Origin: Octopus bimaculoides
Lineage: Eukaryota
Direction: 5' to 3'
Length of the DNA stretch: 47,573 nucleotides
NCBI RefSeq assembly: GCF_001194135.2
Contig: NC_068986.1
Span: 4,975,424-5,022,996 of the forward strand
Shown in pieces: positions 36,393-47,573 of this stretch (position 1 is its first letter; every line of letters starts with the position of its first letter). The notes beneath the pieces were generated by a model that searched no databases, was not told the DNA's origin, and was given only the letters and a program-made list of their open reading frames with translations. The position numbers were made by a program, and so were the translations under genes.

Positions 36393-36830
36393 CAGTACAT
36401 TGAGAGTCTAGCAGAATATTTGACTTCAATTGATTTAATACCATCAACTAGAATACAGTTGACAACTCCCTGGGGATTTAATTCTAAATAGTTGAAGATT
36501 ACATGCTATATAAAGTCTTCTAATTATAAGTAGCTACATCACTCTTTTTATCTTGACCCCTACTATTCCCTCTGCTACTCTCTAAATTATAGTAGGCTTA
36601 GCAAGATATGTATTCTTTTCTAAACTTATTCTGTCATAGATATAACAATAGGAAACAATGTAAATATTTTAGTTTCCATTATTGATGTAAATTTGTTTAT
36701 AAAAATGATTTACCCTTTATGTTTGATGCCTATGCAGTCATCTGAAGAGAGCAGTTTTTTTCAAATTGATATAATGTTCTCATTAATTAAATGGAGCTGC
36801 TTGAAACAGCTGGAATGAATTGACACCTGT
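36393..36830 (+). mobile_element. Possible Penelope-like element 3' end (endonuclease C-terminus, then hammerhead)
   Basis: Frame ending ...RIQLTTPWGFNSK* loosely resembles the PLE GIY-YIG terminal L.T..P.GLN motif; hammerhead about 250 bp downstream. Confidence 0.35.
36738..36818 (+). ncRNA. Type I hammerhead-like motif with a U16.1>G lesion
   Basis: Stem I TCAT/ATGA; CTGAAGA (36742-48); long stem II GAGCAGTTTT/GGAGCTGCTT plus AATTGAT/ATTAATT; GAAA (36803-06); ACAGCTGG (one change from palindrome ACAGCTGT), then A. Confidence 0.65.
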
Positions 36831-37143
36831 ACACCTTTGTTACTTTTATATATTCTGTTCACCTAACTTAGAATCTGCACTTCGGAAATACTATAGAAAG
36901 CACCTTTATATAAAAAGTACATGTCTGAATTACCAAGTGCAAATATTTTCACTTAGGTGGGTTGAGTTGTCTGTACAGACAACAGGAATATTAAGTACAA
37001 ACACCCTTACACAGATTCTTGATATTCAATATTCAAATAATATTGTTAAAGTGTGAGGACTATATCAAACTAGCAAGGTGCCTCAATTTAAGTACCCAAT
37101 TCAACTGAACCTTAATGTTATATATATATATATATATATATAT

Positions 37144-37249
37144 GGGAGAATTTACGAAAAAAACAACAGACGAGGACAGGTGGTGTAAACAACAAAAGGA
37201 TGTATTAGTATGACGCTCGGGAATAGAGAAAGTCTTTAACATTTCGAGC

Positions 37250-37252
<3 letters not shown>
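37144..37252 (-). mobile_element. Truncated copy of the 24074 Penelope-like fragment, (TA)n on both sides
   Basis: Reverse complement reads gtagctcgaaatgttaaagactttctctattcccgagcgtcatactaatacatccttttg...ctccc. Confidence 0.75.
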
Positions 37253-37294
<42 letters not shown>

Positions 37295-37407
37295 TGTATG
37301 TATGTATATATCTATATCGATATGTGTGTGTGTGTGCATGCACACATGTGAACATTTATGTGTGTGTGTGTGTGTGTGTGTGTGCATGTATATATGTATG
37401 TATGCTA

Positions 37408-37520
37408 TGATGATCCCCCACTACACCTGCTCATGATCAGAGATGCACACATTGTCAGCTGCTTAAGGACATGCTCAAATAGTTATGGTCAAACACCTGA
37501 CAAGCAGAATATTTGCTATA
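37408..37520 (-). mobile_element. Internal fragment of element X
   Basis: Reverse-complement homolog of about 15135-15235. Confidence 0.7.
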
Positions 37521-37834
37521 AGGATATTTCTGCTTCAGTAACTCAGTGTTGAATCTGTCTGAAATGTAATGGAAAATAAGTCAGTTTCAAAACATTGATG
37601 TCCAGGTTACAAAAAGCAAAGTTTTAAAGGAATGATTGTCATTTCCTTTGATTTCTAGATAGAAGCAAATAGGAAATAACAACTTACTGACCAAAGACAA
37701 AAAAAAAATAAAATCTTGTTACGGTGTTATTTAATCAATAAAACAACCCACTCAATTAGCATAAAAGTGGTTTAGTATTTCACTGACATGTGTACCCTTA
37801 ATATAATTCTTAAGGACAATAAGCTAGTTCCTTT

Positions 37835-38062
37835 CTGAGTCATATGGACTCATACGGTTGGTTTCCTGGATTCTGTGGTGTATATACTACCTTCTAGACA
37901 GGATGCTAGCCCATTGTAGGAATACTCATTATTGCCACCTGCATGGACTGGAGCAATGTGAAATGAAATGTTTAGCTCAAAAACACAATGCATCACCCAG
38001 TCCAGGAATCGAAATCACAATCTTACAATCATGAGTCCAACACCCTAACCACTAAGCCACAC
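37835..38062 (-). mobile_element. Family C SINE
   Basis: Closely similar to 7860-8105 (caatcttacaatcatgagtccaacaccctaaccactaagcc). Confidence 0.8.
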
Positions 38063-38129
38063 ATCACCACTTAAGAAGAATCAATGTATAAAATGTTTAT
38101 CATCAAAGCAGGGTCTTTGAATAGCAACT

Positions 38130-38305
38130 GTCTATCTGACAGGCTTCCAAACTGTTTCAATCTGTCCTAATTTCATGCACAAGGCTTCGTTTGACTCCCA
38201 GGCTATGGTACACTTGCCCAAAATTCCATACAGTGACACAGAACCTGAGTCCACTACTTAAAACCACATGATTGTGAGGTGAACTCTTTACTATTTGGCC
38301 AGAAC
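38130..38305 (-). mobile_element. Family A SINE head
   Basis: acaggcttcc...gtacacttgcccaa...agaacctgagtcc...aaaccacatg. Confidence 0.6.
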
Positions 38306-38789
38306 ATGGTTATGGTCCAATGTAGAAATACATATACAAACAACAAATAGATAATAGCACTGTTGTTGTTGTTGTTGTTGTTGCTCTGATCAAGCAGTCC
38401 TGTGGTACACAGACAGTTGGCCAAATAATTGGAAATGTGACCCACGGGTCTGAGTTGGCCTTTTTTTCTTCCAGTGACTCCTATAAATATGTAATGTGGG
38501 TTTGTGGATGAGATTAAATCTAATTGCTATGCATAATAACTAAGAGCAACCCATTAATTATTATTTTTATTATTATTATTATTATCATCATCATCATCAT
38601 CATCATCGTCGTCGTCGTCGTCGTCGTCGTCATCGTCATCATCACTACTACTACTACTACTATCATTATTATTTGGCCAGTGATACAGTATTCCAAGCAA
38701 CAGCTGTCTCTTGGTGATTAATCTTAATAATCATGTTATTGATTACTATCGTTAAAATGTATTTTTATTAAAAACTAATTTGTTCAGGT

Positions 38790-38935
38790 ATCTGCTTCAT
38801 CGTCATCGCCGTCATCACCACCACCACCACCATCATCATCATTATCATTGTCATTGTTATGATCATCACCATCATCACCATCATCATTGTCATCATCTTC
38901 ATTGTCATCTTCATTGTCATCTTCTTCATCATCAC

Positions 38936-38968
<33 letters not shown>

Positions 38969-39065
38969 TCTCATCATCATCATCATCATCTTCATCATCA
39001 TCATCGTCATCATCAGCATCTTCATCATCATCATCGTCATCATCGTCATCATCATCATCATCATC

Positions 39066-39110
<45 letters not shown>

Positions 39111-39125
39111 TTCATCATCATCATG
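38790..39125. repeat. Long degenerate (CAT)n array
   Basis: Directly visible; yields poly-H, poly-S, poly-I, poly-D and poly-M ORFs. Confidence 0.95.
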
Positions 39126-39399
39126 CACTTGTTTTCTATGCATTTCTTCCTTGTCATACTGGAGTTAGCTTTTGACTCTCAGTTACTTTTCAACTGATCC
39201 AGTGTATGGATCTTTTTTGTTAATATTTCCTTTCTTTTTATTTTATTTTATTTTATTTTATTTTTTTTATATGACTACAGATGAATGTAACCATATACAC
39301 ATACAAAACACAATACAAAAACTAAAATCTGACATACACATGTAGAAATATATATTTGTACACACACACATAATGAAACATTCACAGATTCTTATTACT

Positions 39400-39441
<42 letters not shown>

Positions 39442-39596
39442 GTCATCGTCATCGTCATTACCATCATCATCATCATCATTTTCTTCATCATTATTATCTT
39501 TCATTGTACAATATAGGTATAGTGTAATTGTTTTTGTTGTTGTTTTCTTTTTCAGCATTTCTTGAGCATGTTAACTGTCAATTTCAACAAATGGCT

Positions 39597-39720
39597 TTAG
39601 GCAGAGAGTACCTTTCTAAGAATATGTGCTGTTCTAAAGATAGCAGATCTTTGGAACAGTTCTATGTCTTTTCTTATGTCCAACCACACCATGTGGTACA
39701 AGAATTTTTTGAGAACTGAA
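39597..39720 (-). mobile_element. Extreme 3' fragment of an RLE-type (R4/Dong-like) LINE
   Basis: 39668-39597 reads DIELFQRSAIFRTAHILRKVLSA*, matching the Q(K/R)..L.GTAHILR.VL terminus of such elements. Confidence 0.55.
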
Positions 39721-40464
39721 CCTAATGTTTCAATAACTCACACATCTTTATCCCTTACAATTAGGCTTCCTCACAGTCTTGATATTTTTACTTTTCAGTC
39801 ATCATATTTCCACTTCTACTTCAAATGTTTTTGTCTAAATCAGTGTTTCTCAACCATTTTTTAACCTATGTATCTTTTGGACCATCCTAACCATTTGATG
39901 CTTAAAAGATTATAATATATACTCTTTTTACTCTTTTACTATTTTACTTGTTTCAGTCATTTGACCCCAGGACTTATTCTTTGGGAGCCTAGTACTTATT
40001 CTTTCTTCAATCGTCTCACAAATATTTCTTATCTGGGACTCAATCTGCTATTTGTTGATTTCATTGAAAATTAAAAACGAATTTTTTATTGCTGTTATTG
40101 TTGTTGTTGCTGCTGCTGCTGCTGTTTTTCATAATGGTTAGCTTTTAGTGGTTCTACAAGAAGATTTTAGTTTCTTTGTATATAATTTCCTCACTTTACT
40201 TACATTAATAATGTCAAAAGAAAGGGAATGAACATTACTTAATTTTAATTTCTTCTCCCCACCAATAAACCCCTCAAAATAGGTACCAGTTATATATTTG
40301 GGATACTTTAACTTGTCAATATCCCTTGCAGTCATTATCTTCTCTCAGCTTCAGCAACTTTATATCAGAAGCTCAATTCTTAAATTAGGATAAAAAAAAC
40401 TTTACACATTATCTTCCACAAGTAAATTTTCAGACAAGAATATATATGTGTGTGTTTGTGTGTG

Positions 40465-40506
<42 letters not shown>

Positions 40507-40889
40507 CGCATACATTTTTTGTTCATGTTTTTCAAATATCCTAAAATATAAGTCTGTATTTTTTCTATCCTGTTATATGTTAGTTAGGTATCTTCTGCCA
40601 TAAATATAACTATATTTATAAAAATATTCTCCAAATATTGGTAAATAGAGACACTGCAGCTGAAATAACTGATTTTTGTCTAGCTGTCAGCCTGTCAATT
40701 TTAACACGAGAAACGTCTATCTTTTTCCCTTTAAAAAAAGTCTCTTTTAAACGCAATTTCAGGTAGAAAGAGACAGAGATATACAGAGAGGGAGGAAGAG
40801 AGGGGGGAAAGTGGGGGAGAGAGAGAGTGTGAGAAAATACACCGAGTTTTATATGATTGCATTAGAGAAGCAGATGAAGAAAAAGAATG

Positions 40890-41045
40890 CAGAGACAGAC
40901 AGACAGATAGATAGATTGACGGACGGACGGACGGACGGACGGACGGACGGACGGACGGATGGACGGACGGACGGACGGACGGACGGACGGACGGATGGAT
41001 AGACGGACAGACGGACAGATGGATGGATGGATGGATGGATGGATA
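40890..41045. repeat. Compound tetranucleotide array (GACA)(GATA)(GACG)n(GATG)n
   Basis: Directly visible. Confidence 0.95.
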
Positions 41046-41229
41046 GTAAAAAGGAGAAGGAGATGAATAAAGAGAATAAAGACATATAGATATGAGAGAG
41101 GAGTGAAGGGGAATTAAGAAATAGATTAGAAATAAATACATTGACCATAGGAAGGTAAAAGAGCGACAAATAAGAGAAAGAGAGAGAGAGAGAGAAAGAA
41201 AGAAAGAGAATGGAAAAGTAAATGATAGA

Positions 41230-41328
41230 TAGTGATATATATACACACACACATATGTGTGTGTGCATATTATATATATATGTGTGTATATATTACATAT
41301 ATGCTTATGTATACTATACATATATGCA

Positions 41329-41376
<48 letters not shown>

Positions 41377-41452
41377 GCATATGTATATCATATATATATC
41401 ATATATATATATGCATATATATATATATACACACACATAAATGTATATTATA

Positions 41453-41522
<70 letters not shown>

Positions 41523-41616
41523 GCATATGTATATCATATATATATCATATATATATATGCATATATATATATATATACACACACATAAATGTATATTATA
41601 TATATGCATATTTATA

Positions 41617-41659
<43 letters not shown>

Positions 41660-41660
41660 T
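41230..41660. repeat. TA-rich compound microsatellite with a 146-bp higher-order duplication, then (TG)n
   Basis: aatatgcatatgtatatcatatatatcatat at 41372 and 41518. Confidence 0.9.
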
Positions 41661-42562
41661 GCATATACGAAAAGAGAAGAGAGAGAATGAGGGATAATAT
41701 TTTATTTCATTAATTTCAAGTTGTAACATATTTAATATATCTTGACATCATTTACACTCAGATATTTTTGAAATCTAAACGAATATTCTGCTTACTGTTC
41801 AGATAAAAACAAAAATCAAAACGTATTTCAAGCAAAAGCAAAAAAAAAAAACAATAATAAATTAGAATAAAATAAAAGAGAAAAAAGAATTAGACAAAGC
41901 CAAAAGAATATTTATTCATCATGTCAAAGTAAGAATGATGTTGGAGAGGAAAAAATACTGATTCTATATTGTAGGAAATTAATTTTAGTCCAGCCGTAAC
42001 TTCATTTAGGTGAGAAGGTTATATTTAAAGTGTTTACCATTATTTTCTTCTTATATCTATGTATTTATTTATTAATTTTATATCACAATTGGTGAACAAC
42101 AATGCTGTTGGTTGCAGGTTTCCAATGGGCCAATCATAGATTCACTGCATTTATGATGGCAAAATAGTGAAGGGGAAGTTTTTGGCAATTTGGTACAGAA
42201 TAAATATTGGAATAATATAGATTTTCTCTGTTTTTACATCGTTTGCTGAAATATTTTTGTTAAAGAAATCCACATATCATCATTAACATCATCATTGTCG
42301 TCGTCATTTTAACATCCTTTTTTTCCATGTCCACATAGGTAGGACAGTGTTTATCAAGGTAGATTTACTAAGGCTGGATGCCCTGGGTAAGGCAATATTT
42401 TGCCAAGGTCAGACATGTTCTCACAGAATATTGGAAATGAATGACACTGCTTGTATGACTGATATTCATTTAAAACTTGGAGAAGCAAACACACATACAC
42501 TTGAACATTGTATATACATACATACACACATACATACATGCATACATACATACATACATACA

Positions 42563-42770
42563 CTTATGACCAAGGAAGACCATCACTGTCCACCTATGGC
42601 TGAGGAAGGCCATTGCCCATGCAAAATACAAACAGTGCCCATGCATGAGGTTATTACATCAGCAGTCAGCTTCACCCACGTTCACGTCCATAGCTTCCAT
42701 GCATGCTGTGACACCCTCCTACATGCCCAGGCATCAGATAGTCACTTTGCCAGCAACTGCACAGCCTAAA
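42563..42770. mobile_element. Unclassified interspersed repeat, copy 2 (see 1925-2107), followed by (ATGTACGT)n and a family D body at 42862-43052
   Basis: Shared blocks with 1925-2107; both copies end tgcacagcctaaaat. Confidence 0.7.
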
Positions 42771-43364
42771 ATGTACGTATGTACGTATGTACGTATGTAC
42801 GTATGTACGTATGTACGTACATATGGATGTATGTATGTATATATGCATGCATGTATGTAAGTACGTGTGTGTCTTTGTCCCTCACCACTGCTTGACAACC
42901 AGTGTTGGTTTGTTTACATCTCCATAACTTAGCAGTTTAGCTAAAAGAGAACAATAAATAAGTATTTGTCTTAAAAATAAGCACTGTGACTAAACCCTTC
43001 AAGGCAGTGCTCAGCATGGTCACAGTTCAAAAACTGAAACAAAAAAGCATAAAAAATAAAATGATTCTTGGATGACCTGTTTGAGTATCATATTTGGATT
43101 TATCTTTGTTTTAAGAAAGGTTATGTCAAAAGTATTCAATTCCAATCCTTCTGTAAAACTAGGTATTTCAAATTTCCAGATCTTAACTCAACAGAAGAGA
43201 CCCAGCACTTGTGATACAGCGGAATCTCAGAATGTTGATTATACATTTGATTATTGTTTACTGAGAGGGGAAAGGCTGGGTGTTCATGATACTCTTATAG
43301 TGTCATATTTTAGATGCTCCACACATCAAAAAAATTTTTTAAATAGCACTCCATCAGTTGTGAT

Positions 43365-43662
43365 GACAAGAGTTCAAGTTGATCCAATCAACGGAACAAC
43401 TTGCACGTGAAATTAATGTGCAGGTGGCTGAGCACTCCACAGACACCTGTACCCTTAATGTAGTTCTCAGGGAGATTCAGCATGGCACATGATGTGACAA
43501 GGCTGGCCCTCTTTGAATTACTGGTACAACTAATTTTTGCCAGCTGAGTGGACTGGAGCAATGTGAAATAAAGTTTCTCGCTCAAGGACAAAACAAGACA
43601 CCAAGAATCGAACTCGTGACCTTCTGATCATGAGGTGAATAACCTGACCACTAAGCCACGTG
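43365..43662 (-). mobile_element. tRNA-derived SINE related to family C with a different 3' part
   Basis: ...gagtggactggagcaatgtgaaataaagtttctcgctcaaggac...gaatcgaactcgtgacc...accactaagccacg (reverse B-box gagttcgattc). Confidence 0.8.
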
Positions 43663-43784
43663 TCTTCACACATACATACAGAGACAATAAAGAGCTCTTG
43701 TTCAGTCAATCATCTGCTAGAAATAGCAGCAAGGTCCTTCTCAAACCACATTCTAACAGCTTTAAAATTCCTCCTTATCATCAT

Positions 43785-43985
43785 CATCATTTAACATCTG
43801 CCTTCCATACTGACTTCTGTTGCACAGGAGCCGGCAGGCTAGATGACTGCACCAATTCCTACCATCCTCTTTGGCATGTTTTCTATGGCTGGTTACCCTT
43901 CCTAATGCCAGCCACTTTACAGAGTGTCCTAGGAGCTATTTACATGGCACTAGCATCAGCAAGGTCACCAAGTAACTAGCAAGAA
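43785..43985 (-). mobile_element. Family E repeat
   Basis: catcatcatcatttaacatctgccttccat...ggctggttacccttcctaatgccagccactttacagagtgt. Confidence 0.7.
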
Positions 43986-44019
43986 AAACTCCTTAACTGA
44001 GAGATGAGTAATATTGACT

Positions 44020-44158
44020 TCAAATTTTGGCACAAGGCCAGCAATTTCAAGGGAGGGGATAAATGGATTACATCAATGACAGTGTTCAGCTGATACCTAT
44101 TCTATCAACACCGAAAGGATGAAAAGCAAGGTCACCTCTGGTAGAATTTGAACTCAGA
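44020..44158 (-). mobile_element. Family B SINE fragment
   Basis: ttcaaattttggcacaaggccagcaatttc...gaaaggatgaaaagcaaggtcacctc...gaatttgaactcagaa. Confidence 0.75.
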
Positions 44159-45921
44159 AAGGGATGAGTAATATTGATGGAGGTGGTTTTGCACCAGATG
44201 ATGAGCAATTAGAGTATGACAGAGGGATAAAAACAGGTACCTTGCAGTAGAGGAAATAGATGACTACCCCATGATACAACAAAAAAAGATATAGAATAAT
44301 GTCACCCTATATTACAAAAAAGACAAATGTGAGTGATTATAGCTAAATCAGGGTCTTAACAACAACAACAACATCAAATCAAATCCATTCTCATCCTTAA
44401 GGAACATGTTATATTCATTTCAAGATTGATCAATTGTGGCGAGGTTTAGAAAGAGTTTCCCAGATTTGAAATAACTCTCCTGAAATTTTATACAAATGTC
44501 TGATCATCTTATTCTCAGTAAAACAAGAAAAATGGATGTAAAAATATTTACAGAAAAACAAAATTAATCTCCATAAATAACAGTAAAATTACCATTTGTA
44601 TTCAAATTAACAAATCCTTGTTGCAATAAAACAAAGAAAACAAGTAACTATTCTTGATTAAATTGAATACGTATCAAGGAAAGTTTATATTTTTTTTTCT
44701 CTCCTTCTTTTTAACTTGCATCACAGAAATGCAGCAAATCAAAATTAAGCATTTCTAAAGATGCTAAAAATAATTAAAATATATAACGAAATTTTTGCCA
44801 AACCTCTTGCCTTTAAACATTTATCAAACCTTAAATAAACGTGTAAGTGTGTGTTTGTGCATATGTATGTACATGCATGCAATGTATGTATATGTATGCA
44901 TATGTATATGTGTAAGGCATGTGTATGTATATGTGAATGAGTTTCTATGTGAATGTGTTTGTGTGTGTGTGTGGGTCTGTGTGTGTGTGTGTGAGAGAGT
45001 AAGTGCTCATGTTTGTGTGTACTTGTGTCTATTTTTATAGGCGTGCACATGTGTGCACATGTGTGTGCAATTATATATGAGCACATGAGCATATATGCAT
45101 TTGTGTGTGCATGCATATGCGCAACACTGTGTACATGTCTGAGTATTTTTTTGTTTTGTTAAAAAACAATTAGATTTTTAAAAATCCTTTTCTTAATGTT
45201 CTAAATCTTATTACAATTGTTATTGTTGTTGTTGTTATCGATGTTGTTGTTATTGTTGCTTGCTACTGCTGCTATTGTTGTTGTTTTGATGTTTTAGATA
45301 TTTTATATCAATCTTTTATTCATCCATTTATTCTTCTTTACTTTGAAGAATTTTATAGCACTACCCGCTGTGTCTGATTCTAGGAGCAATTGAAATTTTT
45401 CCATTTTTTTTTAATTTAGTTATTTTTTTTTTTGCCACTTTACTTAAACGAAAACAAAACTAGACAACAAAGTCAAATAAAAGTTATATTATTACAAAAG
45501 TTCTTATTTTAACAGTAAATTCGTAATATTGAATTTTGAGAAAAATCATTTTCACTGAAACCATTTATCAACTGCTGTTTCCAATATTTCAGCTACAGGT
45601 GTGTAAATATCAACGATTATATTACATTAACATAGCTTTATTTAGAAAAAAAAAGCAGTATTCCAGTCACAACTATAGTTCATTTCAGAGGTAAATTGAG
45701 ATTTACTGGGGTGTTTTCACTGGTTTTAATGTATCCCTAAATCAAATAAATGAAAAAGAGTTAAAAATAATAAAATAGGGAAAGTATAAATATAGAATAT
45801 ATTTGATGTAGCTAATCATTTAATGTCTGCGTTGAAGAACAACTTTGTATCTATTTTCTATCTCTCTCAGTTAAAGGAACAATTTCCAAACTCACAGCTT
45901 CTCTTTTCCTTTCTATCTATC

Positions 45922-45990
<69 letters not shown>

Positions 45991-46048
45991 GAAACTTTAT
46001 TGTTTCTAAATCTCTCAACAAGAGACATACAGTTACAGTACTTTAAAG

Positions 46049-46302
46049 TAAAGATTATTTGCCAGTATAATGTGGCAGTCCTGCTTGGGATAGATGTTAC
46101 TGTTGTTTTAGCCCCAGGAAACATCATTTCCAGCTGGCTATACGACACACACATCTGTGTCCTTATATTTTCGAAGATGGGAGCTTAGCACTCCCGTTCA
46201 GCACAAAGCAATATCTGCTTTGTGATGAACAGGGGTGCTAAGCTCCACTATTCGAAAATACAAGGACACAGATGTGTGTTGTATGCTGGCAAATAATCTT
46301 TA
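46049..46302. mobile_element. Foldback / palindromic MITE-like element
   Basis: Arms 46140-46210 and 46216-46284 (about 70 bp, 5-nt loop), plus outer arms 46049-46069 and 46282-46302. Confidence 0.8.
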
Positions 46303-46326
46303 ATATATATATATAATATATATATA

Positions 46327-46490
46327 GGCGCAGGAGTGACTGTGTGGTAAGTAGCTTGCTTACCAACCACATGGTTCCAGGTTCAGTCCCACTGCGTGGC
46401 ACCTTGGGCAAGTGTCTTCTACTATAGCCTCAGGCCGACCAAAGCATTGTGAGTGGATTTGGTAGACGGAAACTGAAAGAAGCCCACCGT
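46327..46490 (+). mobile_element. Well-preserved tRNA-derived SINE head (family A)
   Basis: ggcgcaggagtgactgtgtggtaagtagcttgc (A-box-like), ggttcagtccc (B-box-like), ccttgggcaagtgtcttctactatagcc; runs into (TA)n. Confidence 0.9.
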
Positions 46491-46491
46491 A

Positions 46492-46544
<53 letters not shown>

Positions 46545-46698
46545 GTACATGTAGATGAACGTATATACATACATGTACATATATATGCATATACTCATAT
46601 ATTGTTTGTATCACGACAGAACGCACGAGTTACCTTTATACAGTTAGTTTTAACTATTTTTCTAACGCGACTCTCTCTATTTCTATCTCCCCCTCTCA

Positions 46699-47023
46699 NN
46701 NNNNNNNNNNNNNNNNNNNNNNNNNNNNNNNNNNNNNNNNNNNNNNNNNNNNNNNNNNNNNNNNNNNNNNNNNNNNNNNNNNNNNNNNNNNNNNNNNNNN
46801 NNNNNNNNNNNNNNNNNNNNNNNNNNNNNNNNNNNNNNNNNNNNNNNNNNNNNNNNNNNNNNNNNNNNNNNNNNNNNNNNNNNNNNNNNNNNNNNNNNNN
46901 NNNNNNNNNNNNNNNNNNNNNNNNNNNNNNNNNNNNNNNNNNNNNNNNNNNNNNNNNNNNNNNNNNNNNNNNNNNNNNNNNNNNNNNNNNNNNNNNNNNN
47001 NNNNNNNNNNNNNNNNNNNNNNN
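46699..47023. other. Assembly gap (325 N)
   Basis: Run of N. Confidence 0.99.
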
Positions 47024-47026
47024 TAT

Positions 47027-47071
<45 letters not shown>

Positions 47072-47321
47072 AACACACATGTGTGTGCTTCAGAATGAAG
47101 TGTTAGATGAGTATAGACCAGCAATAAGAAAAAGAGATGACCAAGGAAAATGATGCTATGAATTTCATTAACATACAGCTATTGTTGTTATAAGATGCAG
47201 TGGATTCATAGTTGAGTGCCTCAATAATATTCTACAGCTTCATCAGAGCCTTAAATAGGAAATGCAATTTATTTGGGTAAAAGAATTGAGTTCTGCACCA
47301 AGTTATTAGTCTCACAATACC

Positions 47322-47324
<3 letters not shown>

Positions 47325-47373
<49 letters not shown>

Positions 47374-47493
47374 CGCGCGTGTGCGTGCGTGTGTGTGTGT
47401 GTGTGTGAGTGTGTGTGTGAGTGTGTCTCTGTGTGTGCATGCGTGTGAACACACGTTTGTGTGTGTAGACATATATATATGGATAGATAGATT

Positions 47494-47547
<54 letters not shown>

Positions 47548-47560
47548 CAGACAGACATAT
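47325..47560. repeat. (TG)n(CG)n and (GATA)n microsatellites
   Basis: Directly visible. Confidence 0.95.
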
Positions 47561-47573
47561 ATATACATAGACA

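Noticed and set aside
38768-39197. Poly-Asp, poly-His, poly-Ser or poly-Met protein
   Set aside because: All frames are open simply because (CAT)n has no stop codons; there is no convincing flanking coding sequence.
39556-39719. Plus-strand exon after a strong acceptor (FLEHVNCQFQQ...)
   Set aside because: The minus strand is better explained as an RLE-LINE C-terminus (TAHILRKVL).
46327-46400. tRNA gene
   Set aside because: Only A/B-box-like remnants with no cloverleaf; it continues into a SINE body present in many copies.

Overview
Repeat-saturated, AT-rich, CpG-depleted eukaryotic DNA. The SINE, RTE and microsatellite content resembles coleoid cephalopod (Octopus-like) genomes; this is recognised from memory, not from a search. 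No host gene can be supported: almost all listed ORFs are translations of microsatellites or SINEs. The window holds several tRNA-derived and RTE-tailed SINE families, decayed LINEs (RTE, R4/Dong with RLE endonuclease, a CR1-type scrap), DD37D/maT-type and other mariner relics, piggyBac-type MITEs, a long-TIR MITE, a foldback element, two 29-bp minisatellite arrays sharing a flank, many microsatellites and four assembly gaps. The main discovery is five type I hammerhead-ribozyme-like motifs (1594-1660, 5368-5424, 17304-17370, 24074-24110, 36738-36818) in mutually unrelated small elements that look Penelope-like or retrozyme-like. Three share an atypical design: CUGAAGA core, long stem II ending in U11.1, and a palindromic (or one-change-from-palindromic) stem III. 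The 1594 motif looks intact, and the 5368 motif lies inside a 337-bp-period partial tandem repeat.
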